This document shows positions 19,160 to 28,325 of a stretch of DNA of 64,000 nucleotides, one piece after another (within the stretch, counting starts at the first letter, position 1; each line of letters begins with the position of its first letter). Location of the stretch: IMG/VR virus record IMGVR_UViG_2562617057_000010, positions 9,241 through 73,240 of that record. One strand, 5' to 3'. Both the position numbers and the translations under genes were made by a program. The DNA comes from a virus (taxonomy: Duplodnaviria > Heunggongvirae > Uroviricota > Caudoviricetes). The notes below the pieces were generated by a model. It saw nothing but the letters and a program-made list of their open reading frames with translations. It did no database searches and was not told the origin of the DNA.

Positions 19160-19545
19160 CGGAAGATTTATTTGGTGATTTGCAGGATGACACCATCCTG
19201 GCACATCTTGACAATCCCGCCGAGGATACGTCACGCTTTCCGGCACTGCTGGCGGAGCTGAACGATTTACTGCGCGGGGAATTGTCCCGGCTGGGTGTTG
19301 ATCCTGCCCATTCACTGGAGATTGTTGTGGCTATCTGTAAGCATCTGGGCGGCGGTCAGGTCTACATTCCACGCGGTCAGGTTCTGGACTCGCTGATTCG
19401 GGATTTGCGTATCTGGAATGATTTTAACGGTCGCAACGTCAGCGAACTGACCACCCGTTATGGTGTCACTTTCAATACGGTTTACAAGGCCATTCGCCGG
19501 ATGCGACGGCTGAAATACCGCCAGTACCAGCCCTCACTTCTGTAA
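19156..19545 (+). CDS. mor: Mor middle-operon transcription activator
   Basis: 129 aa (Mu Mor length); paralogous to the 140-aa C-like protein downstream (shared ...GGxQxYIP... and C-terminal HTH). Confidence 0.8.
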   Translation: MTEDLFGDLQDDTILAHLDNPAEDTSRFPALLAELNDLLRGELSRLGVDPAHSLEIVVAICKHLGGGQVYIPRGQVLDSLIRDLRIWNDFNGRNVSELTTRYGVTFNTVYKAIRRMRRLKYRQYQPSLL

Positions 19546-19551
19546 ACAGTA

Positions 19552-19576
19552 AAGCCGGTTAATCCGGCTTTTTTTA
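19552..19576 (+). terminator. rho-independent terminator after mor
   Basis: AAGCCGG-TTAAT-CCGGCTT hairpin followed by TTTTT. Confidence 0.6.
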
Positions 19577-19622
19577 CGTCCTCAATATCCTGTGATGAAT
19601 TACCGTACCGGGGAAAATCATC

Positions 19623-19853
19623 ATGGGTAAAGGCTGGAATGCATCCTTTCATCTTGGCAGACGTGAGCGGCTGCGTCAGGAGGTTTTACACCGTGTCGCC
19701 GGTGGGCCACGGCCTTCGCCCCGCGACTATACCGGTCATGATGGCACCCACGGAAGTTATTACATGAAAGGCTGGCAGTCGGTTGATATGCCGGAAATTC
19801 TTCACCACTGTCAACGTTATAAGGAAAAATATTGTGTACAGAAAATTCAGTGA
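19623..19853 (+). CDS. hypothetical small protein between mor and C
   Basis: 76-aa ORF; upstream context ACCGGGGAAAATCATCATG resembles the C gene initiation context. Confidence 0.3.
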   Translation: MGKGWNASFHLGRRERLRQEVLHRVAGGPRPSPRDYTGHDGTHGSYYMKGWQSVDMPEILHHCQRYKEKYCVQKIQ

Positions 19854-19965
19854 TGAATGTTTCGGGCCGTCCACGCTGATGAGTGCGATAAAAGTGATTG
19901 CCCTTGTGGTTCTGATAACCATCAGTGCCGTGGTGTATCTTTCCGTCTGTTAACCGGGGGAAAAT

Positions 19966-20388
19966 ATGCAGCATGATTTATTTGAACACGATCCGGCAAT
20001 TCGCCAGTTAATCGGACATATTGATAACATCCCGGCCCCGGAACTGGAATCACGCTGGCCCCGTTCGGTGGTTGATCTGATTGATGTTCTGGAAAACGAA
20101 CTGAAACGCCAGAACATCAGCAATCCCCGTGAGCTTGCCCGTAAACAGGCCGTTGCCCTGTCCTGTTTTCTGGGGGGGCGGCAGTTTTATATCCCCTGTG
20201 GCGATACTATCCTGACCGCGTTACGCGACGATTTGCTTTACTGCCAGTTCAATGGTCGTAACATGGAAGAACTGCGTCGCCAGTACCGCCTGTCCCAGCC
20301 GCAGATCTACCAGATTATTGCCCGCCAGAGAAAGCTGCATACACGACGTCATCAGCCTGATCTGTTCTCACCAGAAAGCCCAAAATAA
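19966..20388 (+). CDS. C-type late transcription activator (Mor/C family)
   Basis: 140 aa (Mu C length), paralog of Mor, placed before the lysis/late genes. Confidence 0.8.
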   Translation: MQHDLFEHDPAIRQLIGHIDNIPAPELESRWPRSVVDLIDVLENELKRQNISNPRELARKQAVALSCFLGGRQFYIPCGDTILTALRDDLLYCQFNGRNMEELRRQYRLSQPQIYQIIARQRKLHTRRHQPDLFSPESPK

Positions 20389-20410
20389 CCGGCATCCTGC
20401 CGGTTATTTC
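20387..20410 (+). terminator. hairpin terminator candidate after the C gene
   Basis: AACCGGCA-TCC-TGCCGGTT perfect 8-bp stem followed by ATTTCC. Confidence 0.45.
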
Positions 20411-20479
20411 CTGTCACCATAATCCCGCACCTGCCATCTGATTTTTTAGACTGCCATCAGAGCATTTTTTCAGGGAAGC

Positions 20480-20998
20480 ATGATGGCGGGGATCCCAAAA
20501 AAACTGAAAGCCGCACTGCTGGCTGTAACAATTGCCGGTGGCGGTGTGGGTGGTTATCAGGAAATGACCCGTCAGTCTCTGATCCACCTGGAAAATATCG
20601 CTTATATGCCTTACCGCGATATTGCCGGTGTGCTTACGGTCTGTGTGGGACATACCGGGCCGGATATCGAAATGCGCCGTTACAGCCATGCGGAGTGTAT
20701 GGCTCTCCTCGACAGTGATTTAAAACCGGTTTATGCGGCAATCGATCGTCTTGTCAGGGTGCCGCTGACGCCCTATCAGAAAACGGCGCTGGCAACGTTT
20801 ATTTTCAACACCGGTGTTACCGCATTCAGTAAATCAACGCTGCTGAAAAAACTCAATGCCGGTGATTACGCCGGAGCGCGTGACCAGATGGCCCGCTGGG
20901 TGTTTGCCGCAGGCCATAAATGGAAAGGACTGATGAACCGTCGCGAAGTGGAAATGGCAATCTGGAATATCAGGGGGGCGGATGACCTTCGCCAGTAA
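20480..20998 (+). CDS. SAR-type endolysin (GH24 lysozyme with N-terminal signal-anchor-release domain)
   Basis: N-terminal Gly/Ala-rich weakly hydrophobic segment (KKLKAALLAVTIAGGGVGGY) then E-x8-D-x5-T catalytic pattern (ENIAYMPYRDIAGVLT). Confidence 0.8.
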   Translation: MMAGIPKKLKAALLAVTIAGGGVGGYQEMTRQSLIHLENIAYMPYRDIAGVLTVCVGHTGPDIEMRRYSHAECMALLDSDLKPVYAAIDRLVRVPLTPYQKTALATFIFNTGVTAFSKSTLLKKLNAGDYAGARDQMARWVFAAGHKWKGLMNRREVEMAIWNIRGADDLRQ

Positions 20999-21368
20999 AA
21001 GTTTACTGCTGGCAGCCGTGTTTGCCGCCGTTCTGTCCGGGGTGTTGTGGCACAGGCTGGACAGCACCCGCCACGATAACCAGACGCTGCGCCGTGAATT
21101 ACAGACGGAGCAACAGGCCCGCCACACTGCTGAATGGTTGTTACACGGTCAGGAACAGACGATGCAGGTATTTTCCGCTATCCGTGCCGCAAATCGTGCC
21201 GCACGGCTGGCAGATGAGACAGAACATCATGATGCAAAAGAAAAAATTACAACCGCCATTACCGGTGACGATTGCAGCACTCGTCCTGTGCCTGCCGTTG
21301 CTGCTGACAGGTTGCGGGAACTCGAAAAACGCACCCGTGCCATCGGTGGTGATCCTGCCCGAAACTGA
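20982..21368 (+). CDS. i-spanin
   Basis: 128 aa, N-terminal TM helix (SLLLAAVFAAVLSGVLW) then charged helical region; follows endolysin. Confidence 0.7.
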   Translation: MTFASKSLLLAAVFAAVLSGVLWHRLDSTRHDNQTLRRELQTEQQARHTAEWLLHGQEQTMQVFSAIRAANRAARLADETEHHDAKEKITTAITGDDCSTRPVPAVAADRLRELEKRTRAIGGDPARN

Positions 21369-21570
21369 TGCAGAACTGACGGAAGCAACGCCCGTTCCGC
21401 CCATGCCACAGCCCCTGACGTGGGGTGCATCCCTTCTCTGGAATGCTGACCTGCTGATGGCGCTCGGGCAGTGCAACCGCGACAAGGCATCAGTCCGGGA
21501 ACAGGAGACCCGGAGGAAAGAAATTTATGAACGAAGACCAGAACCGGGCGGCGGCGCTGCTGCTCGCTGA
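21229..21570 (+). CDS. o-spanin lipoprotein, overlapping architecture
   Basis: Internal Met of track ORF 21022-21570; signal peptide with lipobox LLLTGC; starts inside the i-spanin gene in another frame and extends past its stop. Confidence 0.7.
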   Translation: MMQKKKLQPPLPVTIAALVLCLPLLLTGCGNSKNAPVPSVVILPETDAELTEATPVPPMPQPLTWGASLLWNADLLMALGQCNRDKASVREQETRRKEIYERRPEPGGGAAAR

Positions 21571-21721
21571 ACTCTGGCAGGGGGATACCCGTGATATTCC
21601 CCGTCCGGCGGCGTATGACCCGCCTGTATTGTGTGCCGGTTGCGGTCGTGAGCTGCGGCCTGATGTGCTGAGACAGCAGCCAATGGCGAACTACTGTCAC
21701 TGGTGCCGTGGAGCGGAATAA
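21527..21721 (+). CDS. hypothetical zinc-ribbon protein
   Basis: 64 aa with CAGCG ... CHWC. Confidence 0.35.
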   Translation: MNEDQNRAAALLLAELWQGDTRDIPRPAAYDPPVLCAGCGRELRPDVLRQQPMANYCHWCRGAE

Positions 21722-22020
21722 TGGATTTGATTTCAGTTTTAGCGTTATGGCCTTACCTGTTGCCTGTTGTGGCCGGTGGGGCTGTCTGGGCGATGCGTCG
21801 TAGTTTTGCCAGCACCGAGCGCGTGGAACGTCTTGAAAACCGGATGACCGAAATGGAAACCCGCTACGCCAGCATCCCTGGCACAGAAGATGTACACGAA
21901 ATGCGCCTGCGTATTGCAGAGCTGTCCGGCGATATCCGGGTGCTGTCCCGGCAGGTGCAGTCATTTTCCCATCAACTGGAGCTGCTGCTTGAAAACGCAG
22001 TAAACCGGAGTAATTCATGA
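21721..22020 (+). CDS. small membrane protein (Mu gp25 position)
   Basis: ATG at 21721 with GGAGCGG upstream; N-terminal TM helix (LISVLALWPYLLPVVAGGAVWA) then coiled-coil-like region. Confidence 0.5.
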   Translation: MDLISVLALWPYLLPVVAGGAVWAMRRSFASTERVERLENRMTEMETRYASIPGTEDVHEMRLRIAELSGDIRVLSRQVQSFSHQLELLLENAVNRSNS

Positions 22021-22307
22021 TTAACGATATTCTGACCGAAGACCGTCGTCTGGTCATCCTGCGTTCCCTGATGGACTGCAATAACGAAGCAAACGAATCC
22101 ATCCTTCAGGACTGTCTGGATGCATACGGACACAACGTTTCCCGCGATGTGGTTCGCGGCCAGATTGACTGGCTGGCAGAGCAGCAACTGGTCACCGTGG
22201 AAAACCTGCGCGGCTTTTATGTCGTAACGCTGACCTCCCGTGGTCAGGATGTGGCAGAAGGTCGTGCCCGCGTTGCCGGTGTCAAGCGTCCGCGTCCCCG
22301 TGCATGA
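22017..22307 (+). CDS. hypothetical protein (Mu gp26 position)
   Basis: 96-aa ORF overlapping neighbours by 4 nt. Confidence 0.5.
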   Translation: MINDILTEDRRLVILRSLMDCNNEANESILQDCLDAYGHNVSRDVVRGQIDWLAEQQLVTVENLRGFYVVTLTSRGQDVAEGRARVAGVKRPRPRA

Positions 22308-22318
22308 CAGGAGGCGTG

Positions 22319-22894
22319 ATGGACAGGAAAACACGGGGCCGGGCTTCAAAAGTGGATTTACTGCCGGAAAACGTACGTAAAACGCTGCATGAAATGCTGC
22401 GTGACAAAGCGATTCCACAGGCCCGCATTCTGGAAGAAATTAACGCACTGATTGAAGACGCTGGCCTGCCGGATGAGATGAAACTCTCCCGTTCCGGTCT
22501 GAACCGTTACGCGACGAACGTCGAGCAGGTAGGCCATAACCTGCGACAGATGCGTGAAATGACGTCAGCACTGACCGCAGAACTTGGCGACAGGCCAATG
22601 GGAGAAACCACAAAGCTGATTCTGGAAATGGCCCGCAGCCAGCTTTTTAAGGCCATGATGCGGCAAATCGAAAACCCGGAATCTGACGTGGATATTGACC
22701 TGCTGAAAAATGCCATGCTGGCGGCACAGCGTCTGGAATCCACGGCAATGTCGAGCCACCGGCGCGAGAAAGAAATCCGCCAGGCATTCGCAGAAGAAGC
22801 AGCAAACGCCGTCAGTGAAGAACTGCGCGGGCAGGATGGCATCAGCGAAGAACTGGAGCAGCGCATCCGTGATGTACTGCTGGGGAAAGCGTAG
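22319..22894 (+). CDS. Mu gp27-like protein (candidate small terminase subunit)
   Basis: ATG at 22319 after AGGAGG; position directly upstream of the large terminase. Confidence 0.5.
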   Translation: MDRKTRGRASKVDLLPENVRKTLHEMLRDKAIPQARILEEINALIEDAGLPDEMKLSRSGLNRYATNVEQVGHNLRQMREMTSALTAELGDRPMGETTKLILEMARSQLFKAMMRQIENPESDVDIDLLKNAMLAAQRLESTAMSSHRREKEIRQAFAEEAANAVSEELRGQDGISEELEQRIRDVLLGKA

Positions 22895-23168
22895 GCGTTA
22901 CGTTATGAAAAATAATTACAAAGCACAGCTAATCAGTGCCCATAAAAAAGCCTTCAGGATTGCAACATTGTCTGATGTCCGGTTGATACACCAGATTCGG
23001 GATGTGCTTGTTCAGGCCATGGCTTCAGGCAATTCATGGCATACCACCATAAAGCAACTAAGGATGTTGTCCTGAGGAGATGAAAATGGCGGATGCCCGG
23101 CGACGGCAGGTCAGGTGATCGGTTGTTCCTGGATTCGCCGGTAACGTTTTACACCGGATTTTTCACCC

Positions 23169-24824
23169 ATGAGCACCAGAGAAAGCAAACTTAAAGCCCT
23201 TCATGCGCCCCGCAAAATCGACCTGCGTAGGGAAGCCGAACTGCTCGGCGTGAATATCGTTACCGATATCGGGGAAGCACAGCCCCGCAATGAACCGGTT
23301 TTTCTGGGCTATCAGCGCCGCTGGTTTGAGGATGAAAGCCAGATTTGCATCGCTGAAAAATCCCGTCGTACCGGTCTGACATGGGCCGAAGCGGGCCGCA
23401 ATGTCATGACGGCAGCAAAGCCGCGCCGCCGTGGCGGTCGCAACGTCTTTTATGTGGGTTCCCGTCAGGAAATGGCGCTGGAATACATCGCCGCCTGTGC
23501 CCTGTTTGCCCGCGCCTTTAACCAGCTGGCAAAGGCTGACGTATGGGAGCAGACCTTCTGGGACAGTGACAAAAAAGAAGAAATCCTCACTTATATGATC
23601 CGTTTCCCTAACAGCGGATTTAAGGTGCAGGCGCTGTCAAGCCGTCCGTCTAACCTGCGTGGTTTGCAGGGGGACGTGGTGATTGATGAGGCGGCATTTC
23701 ATGAAGCCCTGGACGAACTCCTGAAAGCGGCCTTTGCTCTCATCATGTGGGGTGCCCGCGTGCGGATCATATCGACACATAACGGCGTCGATAACCTGTT
23801 TAACCAGTACATTCAGGATGCGCGTGAGGGGCGCAAGGATTACAGCGTTCACCGCATCACGCTGGATGATGCCATCGCTGACGGACTGTACCGGCGTATC
23901 TGTTACGTCACGAATCAGCCGTGGTCGCCGGAAGCGGAAAAAGCCTGGCGTGATGGCCTGTACCGGAATGCGCCGAATAAAGAGAGTGCCGACGAGGAAT
24001 ACGGCTGTATTCCAAAAAAATCCGGGGGCGCTTATCTGTCACGCGTGCTGATTGAAGCCGCCATGACGCCAGCGCGGGATATCCCGGTTCTGCGTTTTGA
24101 AGCCCCGGACGATTTTGAATCGCTGACACCACAAATGCGCCACGGCATCGTTCAGGACTGGTGTGAACAGGAGCTGCTCCCGTTGCTCGATGCGCTGTCG
24201 CCGCTCAATAAACACGTACTGGGCGAAGACTTTGCACGCCGTGGCGACCTGACGGTGTTTGTGCCGCTTGCCATCACTCCTGACTTACGCAAACGCGAAT
24301 GTTTCCGCGTGGAGCTGCGTAATGTGACCTATGACCAGCAGCGACAAATCCTTTTATTCATTCTGTCCCGTTTGCCCCGTTTTACCGGCGCTGCATTTGA
24401 TGCCACCGGTAACGGCGGTTATCTGGCAGAAGCCGCCCGTCTGATTTATGGCCCGGAGATGATCGACTGCATCAGTCTGACCGCCGCCTGGTATCAGGAG
24501 TGGATGCCGAAACTGAAAGGCGAGTTTGAAGCGCAGAACATCACGATTGCCCGGCATCAGACCACACTCGATGACCTGCTTCATATCAAGGTGGACAAAG
24601 GTATTCCGCAGATTGATAAGGGGCGCACAAAAGATGAAAGCGGTAAAGGCCGACGACATGGTGACTTTGCCGTGGCGCTCTGTATGGCTGTCAGGGCGTC
24701 TTATATGAATGGTTTTGTTATCGACGAGGACAGCATACAGGCGCTGCCACCACGCCACCGTGGTGATGATGTTGATAACGATGATTTTGATGATTATCAC
24801 CAGTTTGAACGAGGGGGCTGGTAA
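23169..24824 (+). CDS. terminase large subunit (Mu gp28-like)
   Basis: 551-aa ORF immediately before the portal gene in a Mu-type head module. Confidence 0.8.
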   Translation: MSTRESKLKALHAPRKIDLRREAELLGVNIVTDIGEAQPRNEPVFLGYQRRWFEDESQICIAEKSRRTGLTWAEAGRNVMTAAKPRRRGGRNVFYVGSRQEMALEYIAACALFARAFNQLAKADVWEQTFWDSDKKEEILTYMIRFPNSGFKVQALSSRPSNLRGLQGDVVIDEAAFHEALDELLKAAFALIMWGARVRIISTHNGVDNLFNQYIQDAREGRKDYSVHRITLDDAIADGLYRRICYVTNQPWSPEAEKAWRDGLYRNAPNKESADEEYGCIPKKSGGAYLSRVLIEAAMTPARDIPVLRFEAPDDFESLTPQMRHGIVQDWCEQELLPLLDALSPLNKHVLGEDFARRGDLTVFVPLAITPDLRKRECFRVELRNVTYDQQRQILLFILSRLPRFTGAAFDATGNGGYLAEAARLIYGPEMIDCISLTAAWYQEWMPKLKGEFEAQNITIARHQTTLDDLLHIKVDKGIPQIDKGRTKDESGKGRRHGDFAVALCMAVRASYMNGFVIDEDSIQALPPRHRGDDVDNDDFDDYHQFERGGW

Positions 24825-26362
24825 TGGGCCGTATTCTGGATATTTCCGGGCAGCCGTTTGATTTTGACGATGAAATGCAGACCCGCAGCGATGAGCTGGC
24901 AATGGTCATGAAGCGCACGCAGGAGCATCCTTCCAGTGGTGTGACGCCGAACCGGGCCGCGCAGATGCTGCGTGATGCCGAACGCGGTGATCTGACAGCA
25001 CAGGCTGACCTGGCCTTTGATATGGAAGAAAAGGACACCCACCTTTTTTCCGAACTGAGCAAGCGCCGCCTTGCCATTCAGGCGCTGGAATGGCGCATCG
25101 CTCCGGCACGTGATGCCAGCGCACAGGAGAAAAAAGACGCCGACATGCTGAATGAATATCTGCATGATGCGGCGTGGTTTGAAGATGCCCTGTTTGATGC
25201 CGGTGATGCCATTCTCAAGGGTTATTCCATGCAGGAGATTGAATGGGGCTGGCTGGGCAAAATGCGCGTGCCGGTGGCGCTGCATCATCGCGATCCGGCG
25301 CTGTTCTGCGCGAACCCCGATAATCTGAACGAATTACGTCTGCGTGATACGTCTTATCACGGGCTGGAGCTGCAACCGTTCGGCTGGTTTATGCACCGGG
25401 CCAAATCCCGCACCGGGTATGTTGGCACCAATGGCCTTGTGCGCACGCTTATCTGGCCTTTTATTTTTAAAAACTATTCCGTGCGTGATTTTGCAGAGTT
25501 TCTGGAAATTTACGGACTCCCCATGCGCGTCGGTAAATATCCGACCGGCTCCACAAACCGTGAGAAAGCCACGCTGATGCAGGCCGTGATGGATATCGGG
25601 CGACGTGCCGGTGGCATTATTCCGATGGGGATGACGCTGGATTTTCAGAGCGCCGCAGATGGTCAGTCAGACCCCTTTATGGCGATGATTGGCTGGGCAG
25701 AAAAAGCGATTTCAAAAGCCATTCTGGGCGGCACCCTGACCACAGAGGCTGGCGATAAAGGTGCACGGTCGCTGGGTGAAGTGCATGATGAGGTTCGCCG
25801 GGAAATCCGTAACGCGGATGTGGGCCAGCTTGCCCGCAGTATTAACCGTGACCTGATTTATCCCCTGCTGGCACTGAACAGTGACAGCACCATTGATATT
25901 AACCGCCTGCCGGGCATTGTATTTGATACCAGTGAAGCGGGTGATATTACGGCACTGTCTGACGCCATTCCGAAACTGGCGGCGGGAATGCGTATTCCGG
26001 TCTCCTGGATACAGGAAAAACTTCATATTCCACAGCCGGTCGGTGATGAAGCCGTGTTTACTGCTCAACCGGTTGTCCCGGATAACGGTCCGCAGAAAGA
26101 GGCCGCATTATCCGCTGAAGATATCCCGCAGGAGGATGATATCGACCGGATGGGCGTCTCACCGGAAGACTGGCAGCGTTCGGTTGATCCCCTGCTGAAA
26201 CCCGTCATTTTTTCTGTGCTGAAAGATGGCCCGGAAGCCGCCATGAACAAAGCCGCTTCATTATATCCGCAGATGGATGATGCAGAACTTATCGACATGC
26301 TGACCCGTGCCATTTTTGTTGCCGATATATGGGGGCGTCTGGATGCCGCAGCAGACCATTGA
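24824..26362 (+). CDS. portal protein (Mu gp29-like)
   Basis: 512-aa ORF between terminase and F-like head morphogenesis gene; start overlaps terminase stop (TAATG). Confidence 0.8.
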   Translation: MGRILDISGQPFDFDDEMQTRSDELAMVMKRTQEHPSSGVTPNRAAQMLRDAERGDLTAQADLAFDMEEKDTHLFSELSKRRLAIQALEWRIAPARDASAQEKKDADMLNEYLHDAAWFEDALFDAGDAILKGYSMQEIEWGWLGKMRVPVALHHRDPALFCANPDNLNELRLRDTSYHGLELQPFGWFMHRAKSRTGYVGTNGLVRTLIWPFIFKNYSVRDFAEFLEIYGLPMRVGKYPTGSTNREKATLMQAVMDIGRRAGGIIPMGMTLDFQSAADGQSDPFMAMIGWAEKAISKAILGGTLTTEAGDKGARSLGEVHDEVRREIRNADVGQLARSINRDLIYPLLALNSDSTIDINRLPGIVFDTSEAGDITALSDAIPKLAAGMRIPVSWIQEKLHIPQPVGDEAVFTAQPVVPDNGPQKEAALSAEDIPQEDDIDRMGVSPEDWQRSVDPLLKPVIFSVLKDGPEAAMNKAASLYPQMDDAELIDMLTRAIFVADIWGRLDAAADH

Positions 26363-27662
26363 TCTGGCGTATGCCGCACGCCTCCCGCCAAAGGAGGCTG
26401 TCGCGTATTTCCGCGCCAAAGGCTACAACATCACCTGGAACTGGTACGAACAACTGGCAGACGCGCACGCCCGCGCCTTTACCGTTGCCAAAGCCACCCG
26501 GATGGATGTCCTGACCACAATCCGTGGGGAAGTGGAGCGGGCTGTCAGTGAAGGCATCACCCGTGAAGAATTTACCCGCACACTGGCCCCCCGGCTGCAA
26601 AAACTCGGATGGTGGGGAAAACAAATCATCGTGGATGCAGAGGGAAACGCGAAGGTAATCGAGCTGGGCAGTCCGCGTCGTCTGGCAACCATTTATAACG
26701 TCAATACCCGTACAGCGTACGGGGCGGGACGTTATGCACAGATGATGAATACCGCAGATTTGTATCCGTACTGGCAGTACGTTGCCGTTATGGATGGCAG
26801 AACACGCCCGGAACATGCGCGGCTGCACAATATGGTTTTCCGGTATGACGACATTTTCTGGCAGACGCATTACCCGCCCAATGGCTGGAACTGCCGCTGT
26901 CGCGTCCGGGCGCTGTCTGCGGCCCGCATGAAAGAACTGGGGCTACAGGTCAGTTATGGGGCGTCATTCATGAATACCCGCGAAGTGGATGCCGGTACGG
27001 ATGAAAGCACCGGAGAGATTTTCCGCACATCGTCAACCACGTTTGACAACGGTCGGGTAAAAATGACGCCGGATGTGGGCTGGTCATATAACCCCGGTTC
27101 GGCGGCATTTGGTACGGATCAGGCACTGATTCGAAAACTGGTGGAAGTTCGTGACGCGCAGCTGCGTGAGCAGGTTGTTCAGACGCTGAATAACAGCCGG
27201 GAGCGTCAGCTTGCTTTTTCCCTCTGGCTTAAACGTCTGGCGAAATCACGCCGGGCCGGACATGAGGTCCGTGCGCTGGGGTTTATGACGGAAGCCGTGG
27301 CGGAGGCCGTATATCAGCGCACCGGGAATATGCCAGCCCGTCTGCTTGTGATGAACGGAAAAAGTCTGGCGACCACTGCTGATGCCGCCCTGAAACTGGA
27401 GGATTTACAGCGTCTGCCGTCACTGATGGCAAAACCACAGGCGGTATTGTGGGACAGGGAGAACCACCAGTTGCTGTATGTTGTGGCAACCCGCGACGGC
27501 ACTGCAAAAGTTGTGGTCAGAACATCGCAGGCTGTCAGCAAACAGAATGACCGGGCGGATGTGCTGGTCAGTATCAGCCGCGTATCTGCACAGTCGCTTG
27601 AAGCCGCGATTGCTGACGGGATGATTGACATACTGGAGGGGCATGTGGAGGTGAATAAGTGA
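26343..27662 (+). CDS. head morphogenesis protein (Mu F / gp30-like)
   Basis: About 440-aa ORF after portal; start uncertain (26307 or 26343). Confidence 0.7.
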   Translation: MPQQTIDLAYAARLPPKEAVAYFRAKGYNITWNWYEQLADAHARAFTVAKATRMDVLTTIRGEVERAVSEGITREEFTRTLAPRLQKLGWWGKQIIVDAEGNAKVIELGSPRRLATIYNVNTRTAYGAGRYAQMMNTADLYPYWQYVAVMDGRTRPEHARLHNMVFRYDDIFWQTHYPPNGWNCRCRVRALSAARMKELGLQVSYGASFMNTREVDAGTDESTGEIFRTSSTTFDNGRVKMTPDVGWSYNPGSAAFGTDQALIRKLVEVRDAQLREQVVQTLNNSRERQLAFSLWLKRLAKSRRAGHEVRALGFMTEAVAEAVYQRTGNMPARLLVMNGKSLATTADAALKLEDLQRLPSLMAKPQAVLWDRENHQLLYVVATRDGTAKVVVRTSQAVSKQNDRADVLVSISRVSAQSLEAAIADGMIDILEGHVEVNK

Positions 27663-28129
27663 GTCTTGATATGAACGTTGCCGTGGATGTGCGACGTATT
27701 CAGCTTGCGCTGGATGAACTGGGAACCGTCACACGTGACCGCGTCATTCCCCGTGTGATGGCTGCGGCGCTGCTGTCATCCACGGAACAGGCATTTGAAC
27801 GGCAGGCAGACCCGGATACAGGGAAAGGCTGGGAAGCGTGGAGCGATTCGTGGCTGGCATGGCGTCAGGATCATGGTTTTGTTCCGGGCAGTATTCTTAC
27901 CCTGCATGGCGATCTGGCACGCAGCATTACCACCGATTATGGACAGGATTATGCCCTGATTGGTTCGCCAAAAATTTATGCTGCCATTCATCAGTGGGGC
28001 GGTACACCCGATATGGCCCCCCGCCCGGCAGGCGTTCCTGCGCGTCCTTATATGGGGCTGGATAAGACCGGGGAACAGGAAATTTTTGATGCCATCAGAA
28101 AACGCGTCAGCGCCGCTCTGAGGCAATAA
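27659..28129 (+). CDS. virion morphogenesis protein (Mu G-like)
   Basis: 156-aa ORF overlapping F stop, followed by a ~200-bp noncoding gap as in Mu. Confidence 0.6.
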   Translation: MSLDMNVAVDVRRIQLALDELGTVTRDRVIPRVMAAALLSSTEQAFERQADPDTGKGWEAWSDSWLAWRQDHGFVPGSILTLHGDLARSITTDYGQDYALIGSPKIYAAIHQWGGTPDMAPRPAGVPARPYMGLDKTGEQEIFDAIRKRVSAALRQ

Positions 28130-28325
28130 ACAGAATCAGGCATAAAATCAGCCGCACAGATTTTTTAAAACGCGCCACGGGATTTTTAAACCGGTATTTA
28201 ACGGTGTATGAATCCCGTTTTATCTTCCTTCCACTTTCTTTCTCCAGTACTCAAATAGCATAACCCCAGATTTTCCCGCACCTCCCGCAAACTGACTGCT
28301 CACAAACCATGATGAGCAGCAGGAC
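28130..28325. promoter_or_regulatory. central noncoding gap; candidate strong gyrase site
   Basis: 196-bp intergenic region between G-like and I-like genes about 18.7 kb from the left end (element centre); assignment by conserved position only. Confidence 0.3.

Noticed and set aside
21022-21228. N-terminal 69 codons of the 182-aa ORF in the o-spanin frame
   Set aside because: This part lies inside the i-spanin gene and has no signal peptide; the lipoprotein signal and lipobox begin at the internal Met at 21229.
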